Assembly: GCA_037447605.1 (NCBI GenBank)
Contig: CM074804.1
Location: forward strand, 5,867,909-5,931,908
DNA length: 64,000 nucleotides
Direction: 5' to 3'
Origin: Zygnema circumcarinatum SAG 698-1b
Taxonomy: Eukaryota > Plantae > Zygnematophyceae
Under the pieces are notes generated by a model, which was given only the letters and a program-made list of their open reading frames with translations, was not told the origin of the DNA and searched no databases. This document shows, piece after piece, positions 12,501 to 23,487 of the stretch (position 1 is the stretch's first letter; every line of letters starts with the position of its first letter). A program made the translations under genes and the position numbers.

Positions 12501-15500
12501 ACGCCGTTGTACTTGAATTGTATAAGCAAACTGGCTTTAGGATGCAGTTCATAACAGTTTAGCAATCGAAATGTAATCGGAACAAAAAAAGCTACCAATC
12601 ACAGTGTCCACTTGGGAGGCAAATAATTTGCTTCCCACCTTAGTAGCTCCTCCTTTTTGCAATGCCTTCTGCAGGTCAGCCGTGGTCGCTCGACTTCTAT
12701 CCCCTTTTCCGTTATCTGCAACTTCTGTGACTATTACGATAGTGGGAAATCGAGCAAAACACGCCAGATTGTACATGATACTTGCAAGCTGTTCTCTTCG
12801 TTCGTTATCCAAAGCCAAAGGGAGATCGTCAATGAATAGCAACTTAGGAGATGAGGTCGTTGCAGACTGTCCGGCAACAGAAGCTTGCAGGCTGTTTCCT
12901 TGCACAGAAGATGACTGCGTCAGGGCCAGAACTGGAAACCTCATAGAAGATTGAACAAATTGTTCAAAATCTCCCAGCTTAGAAACGTATGGAATATCTG
13001 CGATAAAAAGGGAAAAATTTAACAGAGGGAGGAAATGAAAACAGATTGATTGTCAGTGATGTGCTCATATGATCGATGCAGTCCAGGACCTATGCATCGC
13101 AAAGGTATGGAAATTGCATAATTTCTACTGTAGACACTGAAAACAGATGCCAGCCTCCCTAGAACGACGGTCTGTCCTGACTGAAGTTGGAGAGCAGACA
13201 TGCCAGGGTTCATTACTCAGGCCGACAGAAACTAGCAAATTGAGGTTCCGATGCGACAAACCGACAGCTCACCTTTTGCATCATTGTGAATGTGCTCAGA
13301 CCACAGTGTTGGCACCGGCGGATTCCACTCACAGACTTCAAATTTGAGCTGCTTAGCAAGTACGCGTACTACTGACTGCACGTAATCCCCATCAAAACCT
13401 GTCAATCATCACACTTAATTGCAAGGAAACATGAATATATCGAAAGACCATGTCCCAATTGTCACCTCCAATTAGCTGCCATCGCACAACTTCCTCAAAT
13501 GTGATTTATTCGATAAGCAAGATCAGCATACAACATTACGAAAAAGCGAACCAAACTGTGCAAGCTGTCATCTGCAGAGAATCACTTCATGGAGGTAAGC
13601 GGGCAATTCACCGTTTTCCCTGTCCCTGCAGCCCATCGCCAGTGGCAGGCCCAAGATTAGGAGTGAAAAAAGGTGTCAACTTCAAGATCTCCACTGGTTA
13701 TAACATGCGAAGGATATCAATCTGAAACCATAGAAAAAACCCAAGGAAGCAGCGTGAGACCCCGAGTATTTGAATTTCTCCACAACATTAATCAGGAAAT
13801 CCAAGAAGAAAAAAACTGACCTGCAGACCCTGTTAGAAGAAGAACTTTGCTTCCTGTATGCACCTGCAAAATCCGCAGCATCCATACATCCCACAGTCTT
13901 TATCCAGATCAATCCATTTCCACCCCTTCTCGGATTCTAGATATAGTGACTCCAAAAATTGGCTGAGGTGACCTTTCGGCAATAACCAAAGGCGGACAAG
14001 ACAAAAATGCCGCCCATACACATATACATATACATACATATGTGTAATGCATATGCAATACATGAATAAACGATGCACCAAAGATAGACGAGTATCCTAA
14101 CAAAAGTTGTGCATACAAGGACAACTTCACTCTCACCTTAACTTCCAATTGCTGCTTGAGCCAGGATTCCACTTCTGAAACCTGTCCTCAATCCAGCCAA
14201 ATATAGCGAAGTGATTTGCAGTGACAATAAAATGTGTTGAAGAATACATAAAAGCGCAAGTCACAGTCAATCGGCTTTAGAGATAGAGCCTAACTTCAAC
14301 AGACTGGACAAACATGGAACTTGAAGACATCTAAAGAACATGCCAAGTTAAAGGCAAGACAACACAACCACGGGTGCTCCCTGGTCGGCGACCCGCGTTT
14401 ATTTTTTGGAGCTTACTAAACTATACAGCCCATGTAAGGCTTAGGTGACAGTCAAAAGTCTGCTGAGCCCTCTTCAAACGAAAGATTGAGTATGAGAATT
14501 TTAACTGTAGCCTTTACTGCATATATTTTTCCACTGCACTCGTACCAATAGCATACTCTTTATTTCATGCACACTACTACTCTCCTTAAAAATTTCATTT
14601 ACACAAATCCTAAATGCTCGTTGCTGGTACATGTAAGTACCTAACTGCTTTGCCTTTAGCCTCACGTGCTTCAAGCTGTGCTGTGATGCCATACTGTTCC
14701 ACAAGATCAAGCTGGGAAAATCGCAAGTCTGGCGAAGGCATCTTCGACAAGGGCATTTATGGTGTAGTAGTGCCTGCTGACATTAGGTGACGTGACACTT
14801 CGAGTGGTCCATTGGCCAAATTTGAAAGGCCTAACGGCGTTTATGCACCTCATGCGAAATGCGCGAACAGGCAGACGTACCTCTACTAGCAATTGCTAGT
14901 CCCAGGATGTAATACAAAGTTGAAATGCAAACAAGACATTGGACACTGAACCATACAATATTCCTCCGTCACTAACGACAATCAGAATGGGGCGACCAAG
15001 AGAGTTTTCAGCTTTGCAAACCTTTTTCTTATGGAGAGCAAGGTCAGCCTGGTGTACTGGCGCATACTTGTCCACCCATGACTTTCCATCTCTTTCCACT
15101 ATGTGAAAAACTTCTGGTCGTGAGGCAGCTCCAAGGTCTAGAACAGAGGTGAACATGCACTTAAAGCTCCCTCTTAGAATTTTTTCTAAAGTCAAAAAAA
15201 TCATCTCACAGCCATGAGAGAAGGCATTGAGACAGGCAATGTCCACCAGAAAGTTTAAATCTCCAGCAGCACATTAACTCATCCATTGATATTGGATGTT
15301 GCACACCTCGTGGAGTAAGCGTCTGCTTGCCTGCTTTGGCATCTGATGCTGGAGCCGGCACAAAGCCATGTTCCGACAATGGAAGAGGGAGTACTCCCCC
15401 TGCGGGAAAATTACTAAGCTTGGCAAATTCTGCAACGCGCATGCATAAAAACAGTGCACGCATGATCACTTCTAGTCTGTGCAAAAGGCATTTTCTTTTC

Positions 15501-16048
15501 TGAAGTACATTGAAGGCTCTGAAGTAGCCAAAATTTTGAGAAGACAAGACGAAGAGAGCATGAAAACGAAGAAAGCGAAATACGTATTTGCAGAGCCAAT
15601 GGGAATAAATGTATGGAAAACCAGCTCAACCGCCAGTGTCGCCGGCTGGTGCTTACTGGATCTTATTGACTTCCTTGAGGAGCGATTTTCTCGAGACTTG
15701 GAAGTTATAGAAGGCAGACAACTGTCCTGCAAAGTTTTCTCAGAGCACGATGTAAGAAAATTCTAATGTTTAGAGCATCTCGGAGTTGCCGTTACTACTT
15801 CCACATGCTCGAATAACTCGAATACTCATGTAAGATGATTGCCTACAATACAATAATTCTATGAGCAAACAATGAAAAAATATATTTCACATAACGACGT
15901 ACCTTCCGCGCCGGCTCCTCTTGCAAGCTGTTGATTTAACTGGTGTTGTCTCATCCATTCCGTCCTCACGACTGCTGGCGTCCAATGTGCTTTTTCCTTC
16001 ATCCTCTTCATCTGAGGAAAGACAAATTACGTTTCTCCTTCTCTTCAT
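9514..16048 (-). CDS. RAD17: Cell-cycle checkpoint clamp loader RAD17, multi-exon
   Basis: Hand-spliced motifs: MKRRRNVICLSSDEEDE; WVDKYAP...LALHKKKV; LLLTGSAGTGKT (Walker A, via a 14-nt exon); CEWNPPVPTLW; KLLFIDDLP; SGGDIRHAIFSLQ; LFHVLGKLLYNKR; FLHENVLEF; C-terminal EDEIED*. The exact start codon is less certain than the identity. Confidence 0.93.
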
Positions 16049-16359
16049 ACTCGCAGTCCCTGGGACTCAAACCCAATCAATGCCAATACTTGGGATGTGG
16101 CATCAATGCCAATTCTTCTTGTCAGTCCCTGCACAGTCCAGTGCAGTGGCACTCTTGCAACGATCGTCCCTCCCCCCGGCATCCAGGTGGCAATGGTACA
16201 GTCGGGGGCCCTCGTATTTACCGCCCTGAGGAGTGCGTCCCCAAGAATTTCGCCCCGATTTTGCCGAAACCACCTTTTTGTACGGTAACTTCGTGTTACA
16301 GTACAGTACTGCACCGTACTGTCCGTACTTTCCGTATTGTTCGTACTATCCGTACTAGC

Positions 16360-17110
16360 TCCCGCTCCACCCAACCATTGAAACCAATGTTTGGCTGGAT
16401 CGGGAACCAACGGTTTGCAAATCGCGACCATTCCAATGGTTGATCCAACTCATGGTCCGTCCAGCCCTTGGCCCGGAATGTGTTCGGCTACCCTTCGCGG
16501 ACGTACGCGATTGTGCGAGCGTCGGCCGGGCAGCTGAAGTCTGGCCACGGGCAGATCGGAAATGGTTTTGGCTGCCCAAACAGTGAAGCAAACGTCCGCG
16601 ATTGGGCGTGTGTCGTCCGGGCAGCTGAAGGTTTGGTTCCGGGCAGCTATAAACTGTTTTCGGCTGCCCTGTCCTCGAAGCAAACGTCCGCGATTGGGTG
16701 AGCGTCGGTCGGGCAGCTCAAGTTTGGTACCGGGCAGCATTCAAATGGTCTATTCTGCTCCACCAGCGAAATCAATCGTCCGCGATTGGGCGAGCGGCGG
16801 CCGGGCAGCTGAAATTCTTGTTTGTCCTCCGTCGCCGCGATTCCGATCAGGGGCAGCCCCCCTACGGCGCGTCCCGTCACGTCGCGCGCACCGTACAACA
16901 GCATTCCCCCACGGCGGTGGCGCCACCTGTACGTCCGTACAGTCTGATCCCCAGGGGAGATGAGGTAGGCGCGCGGCCCGCCATTTTGGGCCACCCCTTT
17001 GTCGTCCGGGCAGCTCGCTGCCAAACTTGAGCTGCCCGGCCGACGCTCGCCCAATCGCGGACGCTTGCCTCGCGTAGAGGGCAGCCTGTAATAGGTTTGG
17101 GCTGCCCGGG
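16360..17110. repeat. GC-rich ~92-bp tandem repeat (4 units) plus an inverted unit (foldback)
   Basis: The core CGCGATTG recurs at 16506, 16597, 16689 and 16781. 17021-17068 is the reverse complement of 16680-16727 at 45/48 identity. Confidence 0.9.
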
Positions 17111-17221
17111 TCCCTCCCCAAGGCCTCGCCACGCGGCCCGGGCTGTCATGTCTCCCTCCCTCACCGACCACCCGCGCTCTCTCTCTCCTCTCACTCTCCC
17201 TTTTCCCCCCTCTCAAAGGTT

Positions 17222-17640
17222 GCAACCATTGGCTGGCTTCCCAGCAACCCATTGCCAATAACAGCAACCATTGGACCCTTGATACCCGCTTCATCCAACC
17301 ATTGCCAATGGTTGCAACCATTGGCTGGCCATCCACCCAACCATCGCCAATAACTGCAACCATTGGCTGGCCATCCACCCAACCATCGCCAATAACTGCA
17401 ACCCTTGGACCATTGATTCCCGCCCCACCCAACCATTGCCAATGGTTGCAACCATTGGCTGGCTATCCAGCCAGCCATTGCCAATACCTGCAACCGTTGG
17501 ACCATTGATTCCCGCCCCACCCAATCATTGCCAATGGTTGCAAGCATTTGCTGGCTGGAGAGCCAACCATTGCCAATGAGTGCAACCATTGGACCATTGA
17601 TTCCGTCCCCACCCAACCATTGGAGCCAATGGTTGGCTGG
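17222..17640. repeat. Higher-order minisatellite of 42-bp (A) and 50-bp (B) units, order ABAABABAB
   Basis: Units begin with GCAA(C/G)C at 17222, 17264, 17314, 17356, 17398, 17448, 17490, 17540 and 17582. It contains the perfect palindrome CCAATGGTTGCAACCATTGG at 17305 and 17439. Confidence 0.92.
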
Positions 17641-17990
17641 ATCGGGAACCAACGGTTTGCAAATCGCGACCAATCCAATGGTTGATCCAACTGATGGTCA
17701 GTCCAGCCCTTGGCCCGAAATGTGTTCGGCTACCCTTCGCGGACGTCCGCGATTGGGCGAGGGTCGGCCGGGCAGCTGAATTCTGACCACGGGCAGATTG
17801 GAAATGGTTTTGGCTGCCGCAACAGTGAAGCAAATGTCCGCGATTGGGCGTGCGACGTCCGGGCTGCAGAAGGTTTGGTCACAGGCAGCCCTAAACTGTT
17901 TTCGGCTGCCCTGTCCTCCAAGCAAACGTCCGCGATTGGGCTAGCTGTCGGCTAGCTGGGCGGACGCTCGCCCAATCGCGTACGCTTGCC
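17602..17990. repeat. Second copy of the ~340-bp block at 16360-16698 (three GC units), followed by an inverted partial unit
   Basis: The two blocks are colinear at an offset of about 1242 bp. CGCGATTG cores lie at 17748, 17839 and 17931; inverted GCCCAATCGCG lies near 17970. Confidence 0.9.
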
Positions 17991-18060
17991 TCGCCAATGG
18001 TTGAAACCATTGGCTGGCTGGAGAGCCAGCCATTGCCAATGGCTGCAACCATTCACAGAT

Positions 18061-18230
18061 CGGACCATTAGACAAACCAGTCGACTGGTTGGCAACCAGT
18101 GGTTGCGGACCGAAACAACCATTCGACTGGTTGCCAACCAGTGCCGCCGGATCGAAACAACCATTCGACTGGTTGCGAACCAGTGGCGCAGGACTGAAAC
18201 AACCATTCGACTGGTTCGGAACCAGTGATC
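18061..18230. repeat. 42-bp tandem repeat, 4 copies, each with the hairpin ACTGGTT-NNN-AACCAGT
   Basis: Hairpins start at 18084, 18126, 18168 and 18210, an exact 42-bp spacing. Confidence 0.93.
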
Positions 18231-18947
18231 CAATGGTTGGCAACCATTGAATTTCTGAAATTAAAAAAATCTGCAAAAATGGGTCGTATGTGTTTTTTGG
18301 TGGGTTGCCAACCGTTGACAACTAGTGTAACAAGCCTGATGCGTACAGATGCGTACGGATTCGTACAGCCGAGTCGTATGATTGTACGGAGATTCTGTAC
18401 GGCCGAACCGTAATCGTTTTCTCCGAAACGCCGACGGCATTTTGGTAGCTGTAGCGTTCAGTTCGCTACAACTAGTGTACAATACGATGACATGCGTTAC
18501 AGTACGATACAGTTCGATACAATAAGATTATCTACAATACGATACGTAACGGTACGCTAGGCTACGCTACGTACCCGTTCGGTATATGCGAAGCAGCAGA
18601 ACCGTTCGATGTAACCATCACGTTCGAACAGGCTATCTACTGCGATAAATTGATTTAGAACATCGAACGGCGGTGCCATTCACATCGAACGGCCAAGGAA
18701 GCTTCGCCGGCCATCGAACGGCGGCCGCAGTCCCAACCTTATCGGGTCGGCGCGGGACCATCGGACGGAATGGACGGACAGGAACGTGTGGGACCAAAAA
18801 GTCTGTTGGCTGGTTGCCTTCCCTGACACGGCAGGCCGGCTCCTCGGGAGCCAAAAGGCGCTCGGCCCTGCTTACACACACTTTCTTCTTCTCGTTCTTC
18901 CTCCCCTCAGGCGAGCGCTGCTGCGGGCGGACCTTTTGATCCGAGCC

Positions 18948-21900
18948 ATGGCGTTCGCATCGATATTTATCGCTCTCTTCCTCTTCTGCGTGCCTTTGGC
19001 GCGTGGAAACAAGGCTGCTGTAGAGGATGGTGCTGCTGCTGGAGGCATGCCAACCATGGTGGAAACAGGTGAGCTCAGTTGTGCTTGTTTGCCGTGCTTT
19101 CCCCTGCTTGATGGCAGCAGCAGCAATGATTGCAAGATGCTGCTTAGCAATTTTGCCGTTTTCTGATTCCTTGTGGTGTCTTTTGCTGTAAGAAACCGCT
19201 TTGTCAAGCTGTTTCTAGGCTGTTTTCAAGCTTTTGTCAAGACCTTGCGCCGTTGCAAGAATATCGTGCAAGAAAGTTTGAATCTTTATTTTCTTTCGTG
19301 GCATCTAGGTGGCCTTACTGTCAGTGCTCCAATTGAAATTCTGGAATCAAGATACGTGTACGGAGCGAATCAGAATCCATTGCAGACTGTCATTCGATTC
19401 AGAGTCCCTGCTTGCTCACTCCATACGCGTGCAATGAAGTATTTTTTCGTCAGCAAGTTGATGGCATCGTTCAACGATGAGACGAGGCCTTCATATTGGA
19501 GCCGGTTGTCGACGATTTCCTCGAGTGCAGAGGTCTGTCTGCACAGGTGAGTTCACTGCATGTTGTGTTTTTTTTGGCTTCTCTTTCGTGGCTTGGCATG
19601 CTACTACTATTGCAAAAGGCATCGTGGATTCTTGCGCGTTTCCTTTTCTTTCAAAAAAGTTTGCAGTCGTTTTGTTTAACGACAGGAATTAGGAACTTTG
19701 CCTCTCAGTTTTAGTAGTTTAACAGTTTTCTTGCTGTTTTTTCTTATCGTTTCTCGCCTTTTTGTTGCAGGAATGAGAGCATTGAAATGGGCTCGTGCCT
19801 TGTTGCCTGGATTCCTTTAAAATAGACGGCAACCCTGACTTTCCTTGTGTACCATTCTGAAGTTACTTATGTGGACATTAAGATTCCTTTAAACGGAGGA
19901 CTTTCGAATGCCAAGTTACAGGTGCAACTCACAGAAGGTACGTGCTGAAATCTTTCGAAAGGACAGCCTTGCAGGGCAGGCTTTGAAGAAGAGAAACAGT
20001 GTTCTTTTTTTGGAGTAGATCGATAGACATTTCTTTGCTTGGGTTTCTGGCTGATCCTTATTTTGCTGTGTGGGAAATTGCGGTGTTTGCAGAATTCTGT
20101 ATTTATCGCGTATATCTCTTCATTTTGGGCATCTTCTTGTTCTTGATGGCTCCGATTCTAAGCCAATGGCTGCTATTTTATTATAGCAGCGGAATGCTTT
20201 TTGGAGTTGCTGTTATTGCATTCATTCTACCGTATAAGGTATTTGCTTCAACCATTTGAGACATCTTGTCATGTTTCTAGATCTGTGAGTGTTTTGAGCT
20301 CTTGATCCATCCAACCACCCAATTTCAATTGCTAACCGGCACATTTTGGTACTCAGGATTAATTTGGATTGTAAGAGGGTATGTTTGCAGGCCTTTCGAC
20401 AAGCGCCGACTGTTGGGCAAGGCTTATGGTATATTTTATTTTTGGGGTCCTTTGTAAGTTGTTAACCTCGCGTCACGCGTCATCATCATCCTGTCGACAC
20501 TTTGAAATGTCTTGCTACGTTTTCTAGAACGTTTGTAAGCAGTCAATGCATCATTCGGATGGAGGAAAACTGATTTCAAGGTTAACTGATTGGTTGATTA
20601 CATTGGTTTCGGATTGCGATGTATTGTGCATTTAAATCTAGAACTGATTGGTGAATTCTCAGTTTGGCTATTTGTTTCATCATCGTAGCTTTTAGAAAAA
20701 ATGTGCTAAAATGTGGGTTTTCCGTTCCCTTTTATTATTTTATTGCAGACGGGAATCGGTTATATTGGACAACTCTATTTCTTGTTTCAAGCATTCGATG
20801 CAATGCAAAGTTTAAGTGGACATGGAGAGGCAGCCCCTTCGGTAAGTTGCTTCTGCCTATTCGTCTGCCTTCCGACATAGGATTGCGACAATGAAAATTG
20901 ACATTATTAACAATTTTTTTATTGGTTTTAATTTCTGTGCAGATTCTTATATTATCAATCGTTATGTTTCTTTTGATTGGAGCTGGGCTCGGATATTGGA
21001 CTACTCGGAGTATCATATTGACACCCGAAGGCACAATAACTCCTTCCATTGCTGAATTCGTGAAGTGGGCAATGCGCATCGTGTCTATAGCTCTCCTCAG
21101 TCAGGTAATTCTTTCCCTTTCAATTTTGTTGAATACGACTGCTTCATTAGAGGAAGTTATGTCTTTTTTTTTTCAATTTGAGGTGAAAATTTTGACTATA
21201 GATGATTTGTTTGATTGAATGTACAATTTCAATGTGTCTAATGGTGTCCTCATTTCTGATATATTCATATGGGAATTGCAGAGTTCTCACGATCTCGAAG
21301 ACTCTGCATTTGCCGTTCTACTGGTGGCTATGGCCTCGCAGTTGCTTCATGCACAACTTTGGTATGTCCCAGCTGAACTGTCTTTTAATATTTCTGGATT
21401 GTAGCTGAACCATGTTTGGGGAATCGGGCAATTCAAAGGAAACATTTTTATGTTTTTGTGGCTCATTGTGTCGGATGTAGTAATTACTCTCTTTTTATTC
21501 TTGTGCGTTTGCGCTATGTGCAGGAGACTGACCAAGCAAAGGAGTACTTGTGAGAAAAACAGTTTTGATCCTACGAAAGGCGGTAGGTCTTCAAAAAACA
21601 ACACCGGTCATTTTTTGATTGTTGTATGCAAGATGCAAATGAAGTCAGCTGCTTTTGAGGGATTGAGATGTGATGTCTTTTGAAATCGAGTTCGCAGTTA
21701 ACTTGGATATGGCTGCTTGTTTCTTTGCGATGTGTCAATTTTTTTTGGTCATAAGAGAAGATCTCAAACTGTTCTCGTTCTTTGCTGGTACTTGCGTTGG
21801 TGCTTGAATTGAGTTTTTCTTTGGTTTTTATGCAGGTGACTATGGGAAAGATTTCATTCCCAAGCATATCCAAGAGCGGGCATATGTCTCGACTTCCCAT

Positions 21901-21951
21901 GGCTCTCAACGTCGAAGACTCCAAAGCCCACCGACCGCCCACTACCGATAG
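18948..21951 (+). CDS. NEMP: Nuclear envelope integral membrane protein (NEMP/DUF2215 family), multi-exon; 3' end uncertain
   Basis: Signal-like N-terminus MAFASIFIALFLFCVPLARG. Membrane segments LFLMAPILSQWLLFYYSSGMLFG and GAGLGYWTTRSIILTPEGTITPSIAEFVKWAMRIVSIALLSQ resemble plant NEMP proteins as I recall them. The last exon reads YVSTSHGSQRRRL. Confidence 0.8.
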
Positions 21952-23487
21952 ACTAGGGAAGGATAGGATTGGGGTACCTTCAAGAAGACATGGAGAGTAA
22001 TCCACATGCCAATGGTTGGTATTTCGAAGGAAACGCCTTCGGGTTTTGACTCACTTCATGCACAAAAAATGCCAAAAGGGGCTCGTGAAGAAGCCGAGGG
22101 GATGAGGGATTGTTCGGCACATTGCAAAGAAGCGGGTCGAGAAAGTCAAGAACTCAATAAGTGGGAAACTGGCAAATAAGTTAGAATGTTTGTGACAAAA
22201 ATGAGGTGGATGTAGCCTCTGGTTGCACGCTGATGCAAGAGTTTGAAAGACTGAAAATAATGGTACTTGCTTTTTTTTGGACGCGACTGTAAATATTTAT
22301 TGCAGAAGTTTTTTAGGAGCAGGTCCAATCTGTGTTTTGGCTTTGCCAATGGTTTGTCGCCTAGTGATAGCGAAAGTCAAACACAGTCAGGGTCAGTCAG
22401 AGTTGGTCAGTCTTGCGAGTGGTAGTTGACGTCAACCTTTTGTTTCGTCTTCTCTTCGATTGACTTTTGTTATGGAATATTCTCTCTCTTTCAGTAGGAG
22501 AGTGGGAAGTGGATCATGGAAACCTTGTGAAGTACTTGGCTTTGGATGACCCACTTTCCTCTTTAGGTAGTTGGGTGATTGGCTCACCTTTTGGCCACAT
22601 CACTTTCCCTTTTTGTCCCTTGAAATAGCGATTTGCTATCTGTTGAAGTTAAACACCGTTGTGTTGCAATGCATGTCATGATTTTGCTTCTCAATAGAGA
22701 AGTGTGTGACCACTTTGAGATCATTCTGTGGAAATCAACTGGCACGACTTCGCTCTCATTCCCTCCTTACCCTTAAATAGCCTATTTACGATAGTTAAAG
22801 GATATCCCTTATCTGAAGAGGCCTGGCCATCCAATATGAATATTCGCCACGGTACCGTACCGTATACCGATGTACAGTACCTTACCCCGCATTTGTGAGC
22901 GATTCAAATCCTCGTGGTTCTCCATGTCGTTGTTGCTGTCCGCTGCCGGTCACCGCGGGTCAAGGGCTGTGAGCCACGTGACAGCAGTAGCGCACGCGGC
23001 ATCCGCTGGCTGCCATGTGGCGATGTATCATTGGATAATTCTCTCGATGCAGCCACGTTGGCGCCACGTTGGCACAACGCGCCCTCATGGAACGCGGAAA
23101 GGCGTCGCACACTACGCCAATACGCTTAACGGTGGGCCACCCACAGATCCCCGCGCCGTCAGGGTTTACAGTGCGGTCGCCGCTCCTCACGTTCTGAACC
23201 CGTGCGAATCAGTCCCATGGCTGTCTCGACTAGAACCAGTACATGAAAAACTGAAAATATTTCCTAAGTATGGTCGTCCGATGTACTGAATCGTTACTTT
23301 GCAAGCTGCAGGATCCTGGGTTGCCGTTGGCGTACACGTGGCAGCCCTGGAGCGCGGGTGATCGGTTTGGATAGTGCCGTCCCTCCCTCCATCCCTCCCT
23401 CCCTCCCTGCAACGCCAGGCCTTTCATTTCCTGCTTCTGGCAAGGTTATAGAGGAGAGGTAAGGGTTTGTGCGGAGGAGTAGGCGCC

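Noticed and set aside
16490-16830. Repeat-spacer-repeat look (about 43-bp repeats, about 49-bp spacers) suggestive of a CRISPR array
   Set aside because: The 'spacers' resemble each other (GGGCAG...AAA.TG.T...CTGC), so this is a 92-bp tandem repeat. The context is eukaryotic and there are no cas genes.
16647-17673. Trp/Gly-rich repetitive ORFs (261 and 160 aa)
   Set aside because: These are translations of the 42/50-bp repeats; the frame shifts between units because 92 is not a multiple of 3.
18317-18480. ACAACTAGTG twice: a possible CACTA terminus or Helitron CTAG end for the repeat complex
   Set aside because: No matching CACTA terminal repeat at the left boundary (only TACTAGCT at 16343), no TSD, and the hairpin-to-CTAG spacing is not Helitron-like.
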